A DNA stretch of 64,000 bases from a bacterium (lineage in GTDB: Bacteria; UBA8248): NCBI GenBank assembly GCA_965202625.1, contig CBDBBI010000010.1:512001-576000 (forward strand). Reading direction: 5' to 3'. Positions within the stretch are counted from its first letter, which is position 1, and every line of letters starts with the position of its first letter. Position numbers and translations under genes: made by a program. This document shows, piece after piece, positions 40,111 through 51,108 of the stretch. The notes below the pieces were generated by a model, which saw nothing but the letters and a program-made list of their open reading frames with translations, had not been told where the DNA came from and ran no database searches.

Positions 40111-41048
40111 GCGGCGCGCTGACGTTTCAGGAAGCGATCATGGAGTTGGAGCGGTATTGGTCGACGAAGGGGTGCGTCATTCAGCAACCATATGATGTCG
40201 AGGTGGGCGCGGGCACGATGAATCCGGCCACTTTCCTGCGCAGCCTAGGCCCTGAACCCTGGAAGGTGGCCTACGTCGAGCCCAGCAGAAGACCCACGGA
40301 TGGTCGCTATGGGGAAAACCCAAACAGGCTTCAGCATTATTATCAATACCAGGTGATTCTGAAGCCCTCGCCCATCGACGCGCAAGAGCAGTATCTGGAG
40401 AGCCTGAGAGGTCTGGGCGTGGACCCGCTGGAGCACGACATTCGCTTCGTCGAGGATGATTGGGAATCGCCCAACCTGGGCGCATGGGGTCTGGGCTGGG
40501 AGGTGTGGATCGACGGCATGGAGGTCACGCAGTTCACTTATTTTCAGCAGGTTGGCGGGCTGGACCTAAATCTGGTGTCCGTCGAGTTGACCTACGGGCT
40601 CGAGCGCATCGCTATGCACCTTCAGGGGGCAGAAAGCGTGTATGACCTCGTATGGGCGGAGGAGGCCGACGGCGCGACGATCAGATACGCCGATGTGCAT
40701 TACCAGACGGAGGTGGAGTTCAGCCGCTACAATTTCGATGAAGCGGACGTGAAAATTCACTTTGAGGTTTTCGATCAATATGAGGCGGAGGGCTTGCGCC
40801 TCGTGGAGAAGGGACTCACCTTTCCCGCCTACGATCATGTGCTCAAGTGTTCGCACGCGTTTAATCTCCTAGACGCGCGAGGCGCCATCAGCGTGAGCGA
40901 GCGAGCGCGCTATATCGGGAGAATTAGAAAGATGGCACGTGCGTGCGCCGAGAGGTATTTGAAGTCGCGCTACGAGGCCGGTTTCCCACTGATCAGGGAC
41001 GAGGCACGGCGAGAGGAACAACTCACCCTCTACGCCGCGCAATATTAA
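40107..41048 (+). CDS. glyQ: Glycine--tRNA ligase alpha subunit
   Basis: [26 protein letters not shown] and ELTYGLER. Confidence 0.97.
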   Translation: MSGALTFQEAIMELERYWSTKGCVIQQPYDVEVGAGTMNPATFLRSLGPEPWKVAYVEPSRRPTDGRYGENPNRLQHYYQYQVILKPSPIDAQEQYLESLRGLGVDPLEHDIRFVEDDWESPNLGAWGLGWEVWIDGMEVTQFTYFQQVGGLDLNLVSVELTYGLERIAMHLQGAESVYDLVWAEEADGATIRYADVHYQTEVEFSRYNFDEADVKIHFEVFDQYEAEGLRLVEKGLTFPAYDHVLKCSHAFNLLDARGAISVSERARYIGRIRKMARACAERYLKSRYEAGFPLIRDEARREEQLTLYAAQY

Positions 41049-41094
41049 GGCGAGAGAGGCGGCGACATGAGGCCGTAGGGGGGCGCGGGGGATT

Positions 41095-43347
41095 TTGGAC
41101 TTGAGAAAGGAACTTGTCTTTGAGATTGGAGTCGAGGAAATTCCCTCTGCCTATGCGCCAGGGATGATAACCGCGCTCAGGGAGCGCGCCGAAGCGGCGT
41201 TTGTGGAGGCGCGTCTGGATTTTCAGGGGCTTGAGGTTTTCGGAACGCCCAGACGACTCGTCCTACACGTGGTTGGGCTTTCCGAGCGTCAAAAATCGCT
41301 TCGGGAGGAAATTCTAGGCCCTCCCGTCAGAAGCGCGTTTGATGCCGATGGAAATCCGACAAAGGCAGCCCTTGGCTTCGCCAGGACGCATGGGACGGAC
41401 GTATCTGGCCTCTCGAAGGCGGACACGCGCAGGGGAGCGCGCTTGACGTATTACAGGGAAGATGAGGGTGAGGAGACCCAGGTGATATTGGGATATTTAC
41501 TGACGAACCTGCTTAAGGAGTTGCCGTCTCCTAAGTCCATGCGTTGGGGGACGGGTAAATTCCTCTTCGTCCGGCCCGTACGATGGGTTTTGGCCCTCTA
41601 TGGGGGCGAGCGGGTGGATGGCCCTCCGTCAGGAGAGGACGCGTCGGTTCCGCGCTTTGGCTCGATCACGTATGGACATAGATTTCATGGAGGTAATTAT
41701 TTTTATATCAATAATTTCAAGGATTACATTAACGTTTTACATAAGAGTTATGTGGAACCGATTGTCGATGATGGCGCTGGAGGCGGGCGGGTTTCTATGG
41801 TGCGCGCGCGCCTCCTTGCGGCCGCCGAGACCGAGGGTGGCGCGCCTGCGGCGGACGCCGAAGCAGTGGAGCGGCTGGTGGAGAAGGTGGCCCATCTGCT
41901 CGAGTGGCCGTTTCCGGTGGCATGCGGTTTCGACGAGAAATTTCTCGCCCTTCCCGGCGAAGTGATCGTCTCGACCTTAGAGACGCACCAAAGGTTCTTC
42001 GCGCTGAAGGAGAAGGGGGGAGAGCGGCTCATCCCCTCCTTCATCGGAATGAGCAACACGCGCGCGAAAGAGATGGATGTGGTGCGAAAAGGCTATGAGC
42101 GCGTGGTGCGCGCGAGATTGGAGGACGCGGATTTTTATTGGCGTCAGGACCTCAAAACACCCCTCGCCGACATGATGAAGGGACTTAAGGACGTGGTCTA
42201 TCACCCAAGGCTGGGCACGAGCTGGGATAAGGTGAAACGCTTCAGACGTCTGGGCGCCTGGCTGTGTGAGAAGCTGGTGTCGGGCGATGGCGCTTTAGCG
42301 AAATCCGTGGACGAGGCGGCCGTTCTTTGCAAGGCGGACCTGTGTAGCGGAATGGTCTATGAATTTCCCGAGCTGCAAGGCGTGATGGGCCGACGCTACG
42401 CCGAGCGGGAGCGCAGGGACGAGGCGGTCTCTCGCGCTATCTACGAACATTACCTTCCTAGGGGCGAGGGAGACGAACTCCCGAAGAGCCATACGGGTGC
42501 CATTCTGGGTCTGGCCGATAGGATGGATACCATCGTCGGTATGGTGGGCTTGGGCTACCTGCCCAGTGGCTCAGAGGACCCCTACGCGCTCAGGCGCGCG
42601 GCTAACGCGATTTTACTCCTCCTGGAGAATAGGGGCTTCAGAATCTCCTTCCCCGAATGGGTAGGAGTCGCCAGCGAACCGCTGGAGGATATGTTCACCG
42701 ACGATACTGCTGAGGTCTCAAAACGCATTTTGGGTTTTCTTCGTGGCCGCGTGTCCGCTTATCTCTCGCGCGGCGGCGCGCGTGGCGATCTAGTGGAGGC
42801 GGTGCTCGCAGCGAGCGAGGATTCGGGCTGGTACGATGTGCTAGACGCTAGGGCGCGGCTTCGGGCACTAGAGCGGCTCGCTTCCAGAGAGGAGACCTTC
42901 GAGCCGCTCACTACAACGTTCAAGCGGGTGAGCAACATCGTTCGCCAAGCGAAGGAGGGGGACGGCACACATGGCGCGGCAAATCGTTTCGATGCGCGAC
43001 TTCTTCGTGAAGACGCCGAGATTAATTTAGGCAAATCCCTAAATATGATTTCAGGCGGCGTGAAAAAAGCACTAGCGAACGTCGCGTCGGGTGACTCTGC
43101 TTCTTTGGAGGAAGCGTATGTTTCGGCGATATCCTCGATTGCGGAAATCCGGCAATTGGTAGATGATTTTTTCGACCGAGTGATGGTGATGGCCGAGGAT
43201 GGCACCTTGCGTAAAAATCGGCTTGCACTCATGGTGCGCGTGGGCGCGCTGTTCTCGGAGATCGCCGATTTTACGAAAATTCAAAACGTCGTTCGTGTCG
43301 GGGGAAGACGCAGATGCGCGCCAAAACCGCCACGGCTGACCCTCTGA
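41095..43347 (+). CDS. glyS: Glycine--tRNA ligase beta subunit
   Basis: EIGVEEIP, TPRRL, KSMRW, EFPELQG, SEDPYALRR and NRLAL. Confidence 0.96.
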   Translation: MDLRKELVFEIGVEEIPSAYAPGMITALRERAEAAFVEARLDFQGLEVFGTPRRLVLHVVGLSERQKSLREEILGPPVRSAFDADGNPTKAALGFARTHGTDVSGLSKADTRRGARLTYYREDEGEETQVILGYLLTNLLKELPSPKSMRWGTGKFLFVRPVRWVLALYGGERVDGPPSGEDASVPRFGSITYGHRFHGGNYFYINNFKDYINVLHKSYVEPIVDDGAGGGRVSMVRARLLAAAETEGGAPAADAEAVERLVEKVAHLLEWPFPVACGFDEKFLALPGEVIVSTLETHQRFFALKEKGGERLIPSFIGMSNTRAKEMDVVRKGYERVVRARLEDADFYWRQDLKTPLADMMKGLKDVVYHPRLGTSWDKVKRFRRLGAWLCEKLVSGDGALAKSVDEAAVLCKADLCSGMVYEFPELQGVMGRRYAERERRDEAVSRAIYEHYLPRGEGDELPKSHTGAILGLADRMDTIVGMVGLGYLPSGSEDPYALRRAANAILLLLENRGFRISFPEWVGVASEPLEDMFTDDTAEVSKRILGFLRGRVSAYLSRGGARGDLVEAVLAASEDSGWYDVLDARARLRALERLASREETFEPLTTTFKRVSNIVRQAKEGDGTHGAANRFDARLLREDAEINLGKSLNMISGGVKKALANVASGDSASLEEAYVSAISSIAEIRQLVDDFFDRVMVMAEDGTLRKNRLALMVRVGALFSEIADFTKIQNVVRVGGRRRCAPKPPRLTL

Positions 43348-43467
43348 CGACCACGAACGAAACCTGAAGGAGGAAGCGCGAGGCATTGAGATAATAGGAG
43401 CGGTTTTTGAGCTATTCGCAACTATTGTTCCTTACATACGCGCGTGCGTCGCGTGGGAGGTGCGTAG

Positions 43468-46119
43468 GTGATGACGGAGAAGATGATTTATTCCTTTGGC
43501 GCGGGGCGGAGCGATGGGGACGCCAGTATGCGGAATTTGCTGGGGGGCAAGGGTGCAAACTTAGCGGAGATGGCGAGTCTCGACATACCGGTGCCGCCGG
43601 GCTTCACCATCACCACCGAGATTTGCGTCGATTATCTTCAGAAGAACGCGCTGTCCGTCGGCCTTTGGGAGGGTGTGAAAGAGCAGATGTCGCGCCTGGA
43701 GCGCGCGATGGGTGCGCGTTTCGGTGGCGTCGAAAACCCGCTTTTGGTGAGTGTGCGCTCAGGCGCACGCGAATCAATGCCAGGCATGATGGACACGGTC
43801 CTGAACCTAGGGATGAACGACGAGACGGTGGTCGCCCTTGCGAACAAGTCGGGCAGCCGACGTTTCGCGTACGACAGCTACCGCAGGTTTATCAACATGT
43901 TCGGCAACGTGGTTCTGGACATGGAGCACCATGATTTTGAGACGCGGATCGAGGCGATGAAGCGACGCAAGAACGTCGCGTTCGATTTGGAGTTGACTGC
44001 GGAGGATCTAGCGGAACTGGTAGACGAATACGCCGCCCTCGTGAAGGAAAAAACGGGCGCGCGCTTTCCCCAGGATCCTTTTGAACAACTGCGTCTGTCC
44101 ATTGAGGCGGTGTTCAAGTCCTGGAACAACGAGCGCGCCTTCACCTACCGTCGTCTCTATCGCATTCCCCATGACTGGGGCACCGCCGTGAACATACAGT
44201 GCATGGTGTTCGGCAACATGGGGACGGATTGTGGCACCGGCGTCGCCTTCTCGCGCGATCCCGCCACCGGAGAGAACGTGCTCTATGGAGAGGTTCTCTT
44301 CAACGCCCAGGGCGAAGACGTAGTGGCGGGTATACGAACGCCTGAACCCATATCGAGCCTCAAGGAGAGGATGCCCGCGTGCTTCGATGAATTTGAGAAA
44401 ATCGCCAAAAAACTCGAAGCCCACTACAAGGACATGCAAGACATGGAGTTCACCATCCAGAACGGGCGTCTTTTCATGCTCCAGACGAGGAACGGCAAGC
44501 GCACGGCGACGGCCGCCGTGCGAATCGCCGTCGAGCTGGTGGGAGAAAACGTACTTGACAGGCGCACCGCCCTACAAATGGTGGACGCCGACAGTCTGGA
44601 TCAACTGCTGCATCCTATGATCGCTGATGAGCAGGAGTTGGAGGTGGTCGCCAAAGGTCTAGCGGCATCGCCCGGCGCCGCAGTGGGCAAGGTGGCGTTC
44701 ACTGCCGCTGAAGCGGTGGAGCGCGCAGAGGCGGGAGAACCCGTCATCCTGGTGCGCCAGGAGACGAGCCCGGAGGACATCAATGGGATGAACGTCTCCC
44801 AGGGTATCCTCACGGCGCGGGGCGGGCTCACTTCGCACGCGGCCGTGGTCGCGAGACAGATGGGCAAGTGCTGCGTCACAGGATGCGGCGCCCTGGACGT
44901 GCGGGCGGACGAGAAGGTCATTCGCGTGAATGGCGAGACGATATCGGAGGGGGATTTCATCTCCCTGAACGGAAACTCGGGCGAGGTGATTCTGGGCGAG
45001 GCAAAACTCATGCGGCCCGAACTTCTCGGAGATTTCGCCACCCTGATGGAATGGGCAGACGGGTATAGAACCCTGGGCGTCCGGGCAAACGCTGACACGG
45101 TGGCAGATAGCGAGACGGCCCTCACGTTCGGCTGCGAGGGGATCGGCCTGTGCCGCACGGAGCACATGTTCTTTGAGGGAGAACGCATTGATTACGTGCG
45201 CGCGATGATTCTGGCCTCCACGGAAGAGGCGAGACAGGAGGCGCTTTCGCACCTTTTGCCCATGCAGCGCGAGGATTTTATCGGCCTCTTTGAGGTGATG
45301 GGGGAGAGGCCCGTGACAATCCGACTGTTGGACCCCCCTCTTCACGAGTTTCTACCCAAGACGAAAGAAGACATGGAGCAGGTGGCCAAGATACTAGGGT
45401 TGAAGTTCGAAGCGGTGCGCCACGCCACCGAAGCGACCGAGGAACAGAACCCGATGCTGGGTCACCGCGGCTGCCGCCTGGTCGTCTCCTACCCTGAGAT
45501 CGCCGAAATGCAGGTGCGCGCTATCATTGAGGCGGCCTGCGATATGAAGTTAAGGAACGTGGACGTGCGGCCCGAGATCATGATTCCCCTCACCTCGGGC
45601 GTAGGCGAATGGGAATTTAATCGCGACATCGTGCACGATGTCGCCCAAAAGGTGATTGCGGAGAAAGGCGTCGCGCCGCGCTATCTCACGGGCACGATGA
45701 TCGAGGTTCCCAGAGCCTGCTTTCTGGCGGGGGAGATAGCCGAGAGCGCGGAATTTTTCAGCTTTGGCACAAACGACCTGACGCAGCTGACCTATGGCTT
45801 GAGCCGGGACGACGCGGGTTGGTTCCTTCCCAAATATATCGAGAAAAATCTAATCCCCAAGGATCCCTTCGTGGCGGTTGATCGCGAGGGTGTGGGCGAG
45901 ATGGTGCAAATCGGCATCGAGCGCGGCCGCGGAAGAAGGGAGAATCTGGAAGTGGGCATTTGCGGCGAGCATGGCGGAGAGCCCACGTCGGTGGAATTTT
46001 GTCACCTGATGCAGATGGACTATGTCTCCTGCGCGCCGTATCGCGCGCCCATCGCGAGACTTGCCGCTGCCCAAGCGTCGATAGCGCATGGCGCATACCA
46101 GACGGTCGAAATCCATTGA
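43468..46119 (+). CDS. ppdK: Pyruvate, phosphate dikinase
   Basis: LLGGKGANLAEM, SVRSG, GGLTSHAAVVAR, GIGLCRTEHMF and GICGEHGG. Confidence 0.98.
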   Translation: MMTEKMIYSFGAGRSDGDASMRNLLGGKGANLAEMASLDIPVPPGFTITTEICVDYLQKNALSVGLWEGVKEQMSRLERAMGARFGGVENPLLVSVRSGARESMPGMMDTVLNLGMNDETVVALANKSGSRRFAYDSYRRFINMFGNVVLDMEHHDFETRIEAMKRRKNVAFDLELTAEDLAELVDEYAALVKEKTGARFPQDPFEQLRLSIEAVFKSWNNERAFTYRRLYRIPHDWGTAVNIQCMVFGNMGTDCGTGVAFSRDPATGENVLYGEVLFNAQGEDVVAGIRTPEPISSLKERMPACFDEFEKIAKKLEAHYKDMQDMEFTIQNGRLFMLQTRNGKRTATAAVRIAVELVGENVLDRRTALQMVDADSLDQLLHPMIADEQELEVVAKGLAASPGAAVGKVAFTAAEAVERAEAGEPVILVRQETSPEDINGMNVSQGILTARGGLTSHAAVVARQMGKCCVTGCGALDVRADEKVIRVNGETISEGDFISLNGNSGEVILGEAKLMRPELLGDFATLMEWADGYRTLGVRANADTVADSETALTFGCEGIGLCRTEHMFFEGERIDYVRAMILASTEEARQEALSHLLPMQREDFIGLFEVMGERPVTIRLLDPPLHEFLPKTKEDMEQVAKILGLKFEAVRHATEATEEQNPMLGHRGCRLVVSYPEIAEMQVRAIIEAACDMKLRNVDVRPEIMIPLTSGVGEWEFNRDIVHDVAQKVIAEKGVAPRYLTGTMIEVPRACFLAGEIAESAEFFSFGTNDLTQLTYGLSRDDAGWFLPKYIEKNLIPKDPFVAVDREGVGEMVQIGIERGRGRRENLEVGICGEHGGEPTSVEFCHLMQMDYVSCAPYRAPIARLAAAQASIAHGAYQTVEIH

Positions 46120-46135
46120 ACCGGACGTTACTTTG

Positions 46136-47293
46136 ATGGATTCTCTCCCCACCGAACGTAAAAACGCGTTGATGGCCGAGGCCATCACTCTTGCCGCACA
46201 CGCGGAGGGGATGACGAGCCCCAACCCGCTCGTTGGCGCCATCGTCCTTAATTCCAGGGGAGAGAGGGTGGGTCAGGGCTGGCACCAAAGGGCGGGAGGG
46301 CCGCACGCCGAGGTCCTGGCCCTGAGAGAGGCAGGCGTCCGCGCGCGAGGCGGCGCGTTGATCGTCACCTTGGAGCCATGCTCCCACGAGGGCAGAACAC
46401 CCCCTTGTGCACCTTTCGTGGTGGCGGCGGGCGTCTGCCGGGTCATCGCCGCTGTCTCGGATCCGAATCCCCAAATCGCAGGCAATGGTTTCGCCTACTT
46501 GCGCGCGCATGGCGTCGAGGTGGAGGTGGGAGTCATGGCCGAGGCGGCGGCGCGCCAGAACGAGGTCCATTTCCATTGGTGGAAACGTGCCCGACCCTTT
46601 CTCACCTTGAAGGCCGCTGCAAGTTTAGACGGGAAAATCGCAACCCGAAGCGGACAAAGCAGGTGGATAACGGGTGAAGAGGCCAGAAGCACCAGCCATC
46701 GTCTCAGAAACGAGGTGGATGCCGTTCTCGTGGGTGTGCGGACGGTGCTTGCAGACGACCCTCTGCTCACGGCGCGGCCCGATAACGCCCCGGGCAAGCC
46801 TCTGGTGAGAGTTGTTCTGGATTCGATGTTGAGGACGCCCCCCCGCGCCCGGATTTTGGCTCCTCAGCGAGGGATATCCGCGATCGTCGTGGCCACGGAC
46901 GCCGCACCTGCCGACAGGGAGAGAACGCTGCGTGAATCGGGCGCGGAGATCGTCCGGGCGAAGTCAGACTCCAGGTACCGGGTAGCGCTCGCACCTTTGC
47001 TAGAGTTGTTGGGGAATCGAGGTGTTCGTCATATTCTTGTCGAAGGAGGCGGGCGGGTTCACGGCGCTTTCATTCGAGAGGAGTTGGCAGATCGCCTAAT
47101 TTATTTTGTGGCGCCCTTAGTAGTAGGGGATGAGCAGGCGCCGAGCGCGATTTCCGAACTTGATGAAACAGCGTTGCAATCTCTACCCAGGTTATTTAAC
47201 GTAACACATGAAGTTGTTGGCGATGATTTCTTGATTCAGGGATATTTCAAAAAACCTGCGTGGCAATATATAGGAGAGGGGGCGCGTGTTTAG
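46136..47293 (+). CDS. ribD: Bifunctional riboflavin biosynthesis deaminase/reductase
   Basis: PNPLVG, HAE, LEPCSHEGRTPPC, SLDGKIA and VEGG. Confidence 0.96.
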   Translation: MDSLPTERKNALMAEAITLAAHAEGMTSPNPLVGAIVLNSRGERVGQGWHQRAGGPHAEVLALREAGVRARGGALIVTLEPCSHEGRTPPCAPFVVAAGVCRVIAAVSDPNPQIAGNGFAYLRAHGVEVEVGVMAEAAARQNEVHFHWWKRARPFLTLKAAASLDGKIATRSGQSRWITGEEARSTSHRLRNEVDAVLVGVRTVLADDPLLTARPDNAPGKPLVRVVLDSMLRTPPRARILAPQRGISAIVVATDAAPADRERTLRESGAEIVRAKSDSRYRVALAPLLELLGNRGVRHILVEGGGRVHGAFIREELADRLIYFVAPLVVGDEQAPSAISELDETALQSLPRLFNVTHEVVGDDFLIQGYFKKPAWQYIGEGARV

Positions 47294-47936
47294 CGGAATC
47301 ATCGAGACCATCGGCGTGGTGCGCTCTTTGAGAAAAGACGCCTGGGACGCGCGAATCGCTATTGCGGCGCCGGACATTTTGGACGGCGCGCGGGTGGGCG
47401 ATTCCATCGCGCTCAACGGCGTCTGCGTCACGGTGGTGGATTTTGACGAGAAAAACTTCAAGGCAGATTTGTCCGCCGAGACGCTCAGGCGCACGAACCT
47501 AAACGAGTTGCGCGTTGGCGATGGGTGCAATCTGGAACGCGCGATGGCACTGGGCGCGCGATTGGGCGGACACCTAGTGAGCGGCCATGTGGATGGCGTG
47601 GGCAGGATCAAAAACAGAAAAACCGAGGGGGACTCCGTTTGGTTCACCTTTGCGGCGCCGCTAGAAGTAACGCGCTATGTCGTCTATAAAGGGTCTGTTG
47701 CCGTCGATGGAATCAGCCTGACGGTGGCCGCGTGCGCGGGGGAGACGTTTTCCGTTTCCATCATTCCGCATACGGACGAGCGGACCACACTTACCGAGAA
47801 GAAAGACGGTGCCCTCGTGAATCTTGAGGCGGACCTGATCGGAAAATACGTGGAAAAACTTCTCGCTCCCCACGCGGCCTTCAAATCTCAAGACGGAATC
47901 ACCATACAGAAGCTCGGGGAGCACGGCTATGCCTGA
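47286..47936 (+). CDS. ribE: Riboflavin synthase
   Basis: MFSGII start, GDSIALNGVCVTV, GGHLVSGHVD and KGSVAVDGISLTV. Confidence 0.96.
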   Translation: MFSGIIETIGVVRSLRKDAWDARIAIAAPDILDGARVGDSIALNGVCVTVVDFDEKNFKADLSAETLRRTNLNELRVGDGCNLERAMALGARLGGHLVSGHVDGVGRIKNRKTEGDSVWFTFAAPLEVTRYVVYKGSVAVDGISLTVAACAGETFSVSIIPHTDERTTLTEKKDGALVNLEADLIGKYVEKLLAPHAAFKSQDGITIQKLGEHGYA

Positions 47937-49164
47937 GACGAGGGAGAGGAAGGAATTGTCGCAGGAGAGCCCTTTTTCCACGATTGAGAAGGCGATTGAG
48001 GATATTCGGGAAGGACGCATCGTCGTCCTCGTGGACGATGAGGACCGGGAGAACGAGGGCGATTTCATTCTGGCGGCCGAGAGGGTGACGCCCGAGGCGA
48101 TCAATTTCATGACGAAACAGGCGCGCGGCCTCATTTGCCTCGCGCTCACGCCAGAGAAGGTGGAATCTCTGGGGCTTCCCATGATGGTGCCTAGCCGCCA
48201 GAACGGCTCGGTCTTCGGCACCGCTTTTACGGTTTCCATTGAGGCGCGCGAGGGGGTCACGACGGGCATCAGCGCTTTTGATAGGGCCCACACCATACAA
48301 ACCGCGGTATATGAGGACGCCAGGCCGTCGGACTTGGTGACGCCCGGCCACGTTTTCCCGATACGGGCCCAGCCAGGAGGCGTGCTCAGGCGAGCGGGCC
48401 ATACGGAGGGTGCGGTGGACCTGGCCCGCCTTGCAGGGCTTCGGCCATCGGGCGTTCTTTGCGAGGTTTTGAATGACGACGGCTCAATGGCGCGTCTGGC
48501 CAGTTTGGGGGAAATAGCGAAAAAAAACAACCTCTCCCTCGTGACCATCAAGGATCTCATTGCCTACCGCATGCGTCACGATCGTCTTGTGGAGCGCGCG
48601 GAGGAGGCGGAGGTGCCGACGGCGTACGGGACTTTCAGGGTCTATGCGTATTGCAATCGAAGCAGCGGGAGGATTCACGCCGCCTTCGTGATGGGGGAAT
48701 TGGATCCGGATGAACCAACATACATTCGCGTCCAGCCGGTGAACGCCATTTGGGATTTGTTGGCACTCTTGCGATCGGACTATCCGGACAGGATCAAAAA
48801 CGCGCTGGCCAAGATTCAGAAAGCGGGCAAGGGGGTGTTGGTGTTCTTGCAGCCGGATTCGATGGGAGAAGAAATCTCAATAAAAGAGAAAATAACCGCC
48901 CGCCCGGGTGATGTGGACGAGAGGATCGGAATCAAAAACGCGCCGTTTGAAGAGTTGCGCGATTACGGAATAGGAGCTCAAATCCTGGTGGATTTGGGCT
49001 TGCGACGCATTCGTATAATGACGAACGACGAGCGCAGGATCGTGGCGCTTGAAGGTTATGGCCTTGAACTGGAGGATAGGGTGGCGGTGGACATGGAGCC
49101 TCCTTTGCCATCTTTGAAAAAGAAAAAAAAAGAAGATAAAGAATCCTACTTGCAGCGGCCATGA
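47929..49164 (+). CDS. ribB: DHBP synthase fused to an inactive GTP cyclohydrolase II-like domain (RibBX)
   Basis: [19 protein letters not shown] and GHTE intact; C-terminal domain lacks the Cx10CxC Zn motif. Confidence 0.9.
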   Translation: MPETRERKELSQESPFSTIEKAIEDIREGRIVVLVDDEDRENEGDFILAAERVTPEAINFMTKQARGLICLALTPEKVESLGLPMMVPSRQNGSVFGTAFTVSIEAREGVTTGISAFDRAHTIQTAVYEDARPSDLVTPGHVFPIRAQPGGVLRRAGHTEGAVDLARLAGLRPSGVLCEVLNDDGSMARLASLGEIAKKNNLSLVTIKDLIAYRMRHDRLVERAEEAEVPTAYGTFRVYAYCNRSSGRIHAAFVMGELDPDEPTYIRVQPVNAIWDLLALLRSDYPDRIKNALAKIQKAGKGVLVFLQPDSMGEEISIKEKITARPGDVDERIGIKNAPFEELRDYGIGAQILVDLGLRRIRIMTNDERRIVALEGYGLELEDRVAVDMEPPLPSLKKKKKEDKESYLQRP

Positions 49165-49184
49165 AAAACGTGTGGGGAAAGGAA

Positions 49185-49676
49185 ATGGGTAATTCAATGG
49201 AAGGGGCTCTGAATGGACGGGGCCTGCGGGTCGGCCTTGTCTCGTCGCGCTTTAACGATTTTATCGTCGTTCACCTTGTTCGAGGGGCCGAAACGGGACT
49301 ACGGCAGTGCGGGGTGGACGCATCCGACATACGGCACGTGCGGGTACCGGGCGCATTTGAACTGCCGGCGGCGGCGATGAAGATGGCAAAATCACAAAAA
49401 TATGACGCCATCGTGTGCCTGGGCTGCGTGATAAGAGGCGCCACCTCTCACTATGACTTGGTGTGCGCCGAGGCGTCGAAGGGTGTTGCCCAGGTGGGTA
49501 CCCAGACGGGGTTACCAACCATTTTTGCCGTCGTGACGACAGATACAGTAGAGCAAGCCATCGAGCGCGCGGGAACGAAAATGGGAAACAAGGGATATGA
49601 AGGCGCTCTGGCGGCCGTGGAGATGGCCAATTTGTTTGCCCAAATGGACGAGGGCGAGGCGAAGGCTTCCAAATAG
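49185..49676 (+). CDS. ribH: 6,7-dimethyl-8-ribityllumazine synthase
   Basis: [21 protein letters not shown] and [13 protein letters not shown]. Confidence 0.97.
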   Translation: MGNSMEGALNGRGLRVGLVSSRFNDFIVVHLVRGAETGLRQCGVDASDIRHVRVPGAFELPAAAMKMAKSQKYDAIVCLGCVIRGATSHYDLVCAEASKGVAQVGTQTGLPTIFAVVTTDTVEQAIERAGTKMGNKGYEGALAAVEMANLFAQMDEGEAKASK

Positions 49677-49685
49677 AGAATAGTG

Positions 49686-50099
49686 ATGGCGGAAAACAGA
49701 AAAGCGGGACGAGAGATTGCGTTTCAAATCCTCTATCACTCGGATCGCACCGGAGGTCTCACACCCGAGGAGGTAGAGCGCTATTGGCTGCTGCACCCTG
49801 CGGATGAGGGCTCCCGAGCGTTCGCCGACAGGTTGGTCACGCTCATTTTGGAGAAAGACCAGCGGATTGACAATTTGCTCGCCGAATCGAGCGTGCGATG
49901 GTCTCTGGAGCGCATGGACGCCGTGTCGAGAAGCATATTGCGCCTCGGCGTTTGCGAGCTGTATTTCGTTCCGGACGTTCCGCCCGCAGTGGCGATGGAC
50001 GAAGCGGTTCGTCTGGCCAAACGCTATGGACCCGAGAACGCCTCCGGCTTTGTGAACGGCATTCTGGACCGCCTCCATCAAGAGAAAATGACCGTCTAG
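49686..50099 (+). CDS. nusB: Transcription antitermination factor NusB
   Basis: RKAGREIAFQILY, WSLERM, ILRLG, EAVRLAK and FVNGILD. Confidence 0.95.
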   Translation: MAENRKAGREIAFQILYHSDRTGGLTPEEVERYWLLHPADEGSRAFADRLVTLILEKDQRIDNLLAESSVRWSLERMDAVSRSILRLGVCELYFVPDVPPAVAMDEAVRLAKRYGPENASGFVNGILDRLHQEKMTV

Positions 50100-50595
50100 C
50101 GTGATACGCTTTCGTCTGTTTCCCCAGAAGATTTTCCATTTCACGGGCCGCTGGGAGAAATTGACCATCTGCTGGAGAACGAGTCGAGCCGTCTGGTTCG
50201 AGCGGAAAAGCTGATCGGCGCATGGAAGTCGCAGGCTATGTTGACCTCGAAGGGAAGGCTAGCGTCTGAATACAGGCTGTTCGCGGGGATCGGCTCTTCT
50301 TGACCTTAGAGGAACTCTCCAAGCGGACGAGGACTGTTTTTGGGAGAATGATGAGGACGTCGGCGAAGAATTTGTCGATACGGATTTCTGACTTCACTCA
50401 CTTTTCGATGGTTTCGTTCTCTTAGCGACGAAGATCACGAAAGGCGCGATATGGGACGTCGACATTCCCATCTGTGAACCTGAGGCCGAGAGATATGATG
50501 AATTCGTCGCCTGGGGCGAGTGGATCGTCTTTTCCAGAACGGAGGACCGGGAATTTTCCGTGGAGGTTTTTTATTTGAGTAATGGTTTTTTGAGG
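50100..50595 (+). pseudogene. Possible decayed ORF of unknown family
   Basis: ~500-nt gap with long protein-like frames interrupted by stops. Confidence 0.3.
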
Positions 50596-51108
50596 ATGAT
50601 TCACAAATTTTGTCTTGCCCTCCTGATGGGCGTCCTCCTAACGGGTTGCGGCTACGTGCTTGAGGGAACCCGACTTCCCGAGAACCTCAAGCGTGCGCGA
50701 ACGATTTCGATACTCCCATTTCGCAACCAGACGAACGAGCCGGGCCTTGGGCGGACCATCACGGAAGCGGTGAAAACAAGATTCCTCCATGACGGTCGCC
50801 TTCGCGTCTCTGACTCTCCCGACGCGGATATCGTGATCGAGGGCGCGTTGCGCACGTATCGCCTCACGCCAATCGGCTTCACACGGGCGGATCAGGTACG
50901 ACGCTATCGCGTCGTCGTCCGCACCCGCATACGCCTGCGGGACAACGCCCGGGACAAGCTGCTCATCGACCAGGAGTTGGAGTCCGCCGCCGAGTTCACG
51001 GTCTCCTCCTCCATCGCGCGGAGCGACTCGAGCCGCATGAATGCGAATCAGAGCGCAGCCGATTCTTTCTCCGAGGATATCGTCAGCCTCGTATTGGATG
51101 GTTTCTAG
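50596..51108 (+). CDS. lptE: LPS assembly lipoprotein LptE
   Basis: Lipobox LTGCGY and FRNQTNEPGL; directly upstream of holA. Confidence 0.85.
   Translation: MIHKFCLALLMGVLLTGCGYVLEGTRLPENLKRARTISILPFRNQTNEPGLGRTITEAVKTRFLHDGRLRVSDSPDADIVIEGALRTYRLTPIGFTRADQVRRYRVVVRTRIRLRDNARDKLLIDQELESAAEFTVSSSIARSDSSRMNANQSAADSFSEDIVSLVLDGF

Noticed and set aside
43437-43466. Hairpin around the ppdK RBS
   Set aside because: A 7-bp GC-rich stem is expected by chance; no supporting regulatory motif
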